A DNA stretch of 64,000 bases from Felis catus (lineage: Eukaryota), in contig NC_058368.1 in assembly GCF_018350175.1 (NCBI RefSeq), positions 31,684,001 through 31,748,000 on the forward strand. The letters run 5' to 3'. The stretch's first letter is position 1. Each line of letters starts with the position of its first letter. The notes below the pieces were generated by a model, which was given only the letters and a program-made list of their open reading frames with translations, ran no database searches and was not told the origin of the DNA. This document shows positions 60,356 through 64,000 of the stretch, in pieces. Both the position numbers and the translations under genes were made by a program.

Positions 60356-60469
60356 AAGGTAGTTCGAGTTTATTAGCCCATATGGCTGTCTGTCAAACTT
60401 CCCAAGTTCTATCAGAAATAGTCAAATAAAACTATTCATTAGTAAATACACTGTACCTTTCAAGAAAAA

Positions 60470-61432
60470 GGAAGAATTGTCTCAGAAGCCAGTGCCATAA
60501 GTGCAGAGCCTAAAGTCTTATGTGCAGAAAGTAGAATATTGAGCCACTGAGTCCTATTTCTAGGCCTTGAGACCTAATAGAATTAATCTTACTAGATTTT
60601 TTAATTTCTTAGAAATCATATTTTCCCTTCCATTTTCTTCCTTTTTAAATGGAAAATCTATGGCTGTTATCCTATGCCTGCTTCATCATTGTATTTTGGA
60701 AGCAACTAACTTGTTTTCTAGATTGATAGGTCTATAGATAGAAAGGGGTTTGCCACCAGATGGATATTACCCAAAATGTTGCCCATACTTTAATTAGATG
60801 ATGAGATTTTGGACTTTTAGAGTGATGGTATTCAGATGAGATTTTGGATTTTAGTTGATGCTGTAATAATTTGAGACTTTGAAGATGTTGGGATTGAGGT
60901 TAATGTATTTTGCAATTGGGTTGGACATGAATTGTTAGGGTTCAGAGAGTGGACTAAGGCAGGCTGGAAAATGTCTCCTCAAAACATATCCATGTCCTAA
61001 ATTATGGGACTAGTAAGCATTACTTTGTATGGCAAAACAAATTTATAGTCATGGTTAAATTAAGATGGTAAGATTATCTTGGATTATATCTGGGTTGGTC
61101 CTAAAGGCAATCATAAGTATCTTTGTAAACGGAAGGCAAAGCAAGATGTAACAGAAGAAAAGAGGACACTACTAAGGAATCAGAGATTGGAATGTTTGGC
61201 ATGATGCAGCTACAAAACAAGGGACACCAGCCTCCATAACAAACTGCAAGAGGCAAGAAATGGATTCTCCCCTGGAGCCTCCAGAGGAAGCAAATCCAAG
61301 TCAACATAATGATTTTGGGCGAGTGAAACTAATTTGAATTTCTGGCCACCCAAATTTCAGAGAATAAATCTCTATTGTCTTGGACTATCTAGTTTCAGGT
61401 AATTTATTACAACAGCCACAGGAAATTAATTA
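60470..61432 (+). mobile_element. MaLR internal 3' end (~60470-60954) joined to an MLT1D-like 3' LTR (60955-61432)
   Basis: gatgagattttggactt...gacatgaattgttagggttcagagagtggac, then an LTR with atccatgtcctaa...atggcaaaa...gaggcaagaaatggattctcccctggagcctccaga...acagccacaggaaattaat. Confidence 0.75.
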
Positions 61433-63423
61433 GAAGGCCAAAAGTGGTTCATCTCAAGAATGCATGATTAGTTTGAGATTTGAAAACCAATTAGTGTAAT
61501 TCACCACATTAGCAAACCAAAAAAGGAAAACCAAGGTATTTTCGGTAGATGTAGAAAGAATAAAAATGGCAAACCCAGCATCCATTCCTGATTTTAAAAA
61601 CACTCTCAACAAACCATAAATTGAGGGAAACTTTTTCAACGTGATAAAAAGTATTTATGTAAGTCAATATATATTTTCCCTAATGGGAAAAGAATGAATG
61701 CTTTTTGGCTAATTAAAACAAAACAAAAGAAAACAAGGCAAGGATACCCACTCATCATTTCAAATCTGATGTTTCTGCCCATTGGAGTAGGCAAGTAAAA
61801 TTAAAAACAACAACAGCAACAAAAAACAAACAGAAAAAAAAACAAACTCATACTGACTATAAAGGCAGTAGTACACCTGTCTTTATTTACAGATAATATA
61901 GTCTTTTATGTAGAAAATGATGGTATCTAGTATCTAAAGAAAGCTGCTAGAGACAAGTGAATTTATCAAAGATGCTGGGCACAAAATCAATATAAAAAGT
62001 CAATTTCATGTCTATAACAAACAATTAGAAATTAAAATAATAATACCATTTAAATAGTGTCAAAATATGAACCATTTAAGGGGAAATGACAACATATTGG
62101 CAAGGCTTTTACACTTAGAACTATAAAATGCTGCTGAAAGAAATTAAAGATGAACTATATAATGGAGGGTTATAGCACATTCAAAGGTCAGAAAATTCAT
62201 TATTGCTAGGATGTCAAGTCTTTCTAAATTGAAATATAGATTTAATGCAATACCAAACAAATCCTAGGAGTCTTTTTTTTTCTTTTAGAAATTGATAAAC
62301 TGATTCTAAAATTTCATGGAAACAAAGGTCATGATACAGCCTAAAAAATTAAAAAAAAACACATTTAGATAACTACCTGGTCTTAGGAATTATTTTAAAG
62401 TAACAGTAATGAAGACAATGCAGCTTTGATGTCAAACAAATAGGTCATTGAAACAAAAAGAAGGTCCGAAAAATAGACACACACAATAAGAACAATGGAG
62501 TTTTGGAAAAGGTGCAAAGGCAATGTAGGGGAAAAAGGATGTAACTTTCAACAAATGATTCTGAAACAATTGTATATCTTCTACAAAAATTAAAATTAAT
62601 TAAATTCATGCACAAAGACTCAAAATTCATTATAAATCTGAATGAAAATAAAGAAAATATAGCAAAAAAATTTTTATGACTTGGGATGTACAAAGATTTC
62701 TTAGATACAATACCAAAAGCATGCTGAAAAGAAAAAAAAATGATAAATGAGCCTTCAACCAAATTAAGAAGTTCTGTTCTTTGAAAGAGAATGATAAAAC
62801 ACACCACAAACTAACAGATACTATTTGCAATTCTTACATTTGATAAGTATTTGTATCCAAAACATATAAATTCTTTCAAAACTCAGTAAGAAACAACTCC
62901 ATTAAAAATGGGCAAAAAATTGGACCAATACTTCACCAAAGAAGGTATACAGATAAGCACATGAAACAGTATTCAGCATTGCTAGTGATTATGAGTATAC
63001 TAATTAAATCCAAAATAAAATTCCAACACACAACCATTAGAATAGCTGAAATTAAAAACATTAACCATGCAATGTGTTGGAAAGGGTGTGGAGAAACTAG
63101 AAGTCTCCTAAACTGTTGACCAGAATACATGATCCAAACTGCTTGAAAGCCAGTTTAGAAATTGCCTAAAAAGTTCATGTACAGCTAGCTAGTCCATGAT
63201 CCTATCATTCTATATATCCATACAAAGACTGGTGCATTTAGGGTTTTGTCCTCTGTTTCGTTGAGTTTAACTTTTTTTTTAAGTTTCCATGTATAAGTGA
63301 TACCATGCAGTATTTGTCATCCTCTATCTGGCTTATTTTACTTAGCATAATGGGCTCCGGGTTCATCCGTGTTGTCACAAATGGTAGGATTTCTTTCTTT
63401 CTAATAATTGAATAATATCCCAT

Positions 63424-63464
<41 letters not shown>

Positions 63465-63500
63465 TGTTATATATCATATACATATACATATATATGTGTG

Positions 63501-63531
<31 letters not shown>

Positions 63532-64000
63532 CCTTCTTTCTAATAGTTGAATATCTCATGGTATGTGTATATATATACACATATCACATCTCCTTTATCC
63601 ATTCATCAGTTGACAGAAACTTAGGTCCTTCCCATATCTTTCTTGGTTAATGTGAATAATGCTGCAATGAACATGAAATTGCAGACATCTCTTTGATATA
63701 GTGTTTTCATTTCCTTTGGGTAAACACTTTAAATATTTTTCAGTTTTATGTGTCAATTATACTTCAGTGAAGCTGAAAAAGAAAAACACCTTTATTTGTA
63801 GTAGCCCCAAACTAGAAACAACTGAAATGTCCGCCAATGGGTAAAGAACTATGTTATATCTGTACAATGGAATACCATTCTGCAATAAAAAGGAATATAA
63901 ATATACATTACAACATAGATGAATCTGTATCAATTACATTGAGGGAAACAAACACACACACACAAAGAACTGATACTGTACAGTTCCACTTATTTAAATT
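61433..64000 (+). mobile_element. Old L1 (L1MD/ME-like) ORF2 relic running off the window end
   Basis: ctgtctttatttacagataatata (LSLFTDNI, a degenerate FADD), aaagaaattaaaga, tagatttaatgcaatacc, ttaaaaatgggcaaaa, aatggaataccattc in ORF2 order. Confidence 0.8.
63240..63786. mobile_element. Younger L1 insertion with an inverted 5' part (minus, ~63240-63721) and a sense 3' terminus plus A tail (~63722-63786)
   Basis: Antisense ORF2-end/3' UTR (catgcagtatttgtc...cttagcataatg...tcctttgggtaa) abuts the sense terminus acactttaaatat...tgtcaattatacttcagtgaagctgaaaaagaaaaa. Confidence 0.75.

Overview
Eukaryotic DNA, not prokaryotic. It is AT-rich, CpG-depleted and repeat-dense, and comes from a feliform carnivore, most likely a felid, judged from 28 tRNA-derived Can-SINEs of the SINEC_Fc type. 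I find no host protein-coding exon, CpG island, rRNA/tRNA gene or CRISPR array, so this is probably intergenic or deep intronic sequence. The only protein homology is to LINE-1. A full-length but disabled ~6.7 kb L1 lies on the minus strand at 23341-30021 (9-bp TSD; ORF1 and ORF2 remnants), alongside several older L1 fragments. The rest is mostly L2/MIR/CR1 relics, MaLR/ERV LTRs, hAT DNA transposons and microsatellites. Repeat subfamily names come from my recall of consensus sequences and need RepeatMasker/Dfam confirmation; boundaries of old elements are approximate. I cannot support a new multi-gene system here. The most notable structures are: (1) a ~260-bp inverted duplication at 8205-8466 that I cannot assign to a repeat, with ~100-bp arms about 90% identical, four CACGTG E-boxes and two STAT-type sites; (2) a tailless 30-nt U6 snRNA retrocopy with a 14-bp TSD; (3) two SINEs stacked at one target with a triplicated 16-bp TSD; (4) an antisense SINE nested in a SINE; (5) a probable twin-primed L1 insertion; (6) independent microsatellite expansions at the same L1 ORF2 site in three L1 copies.
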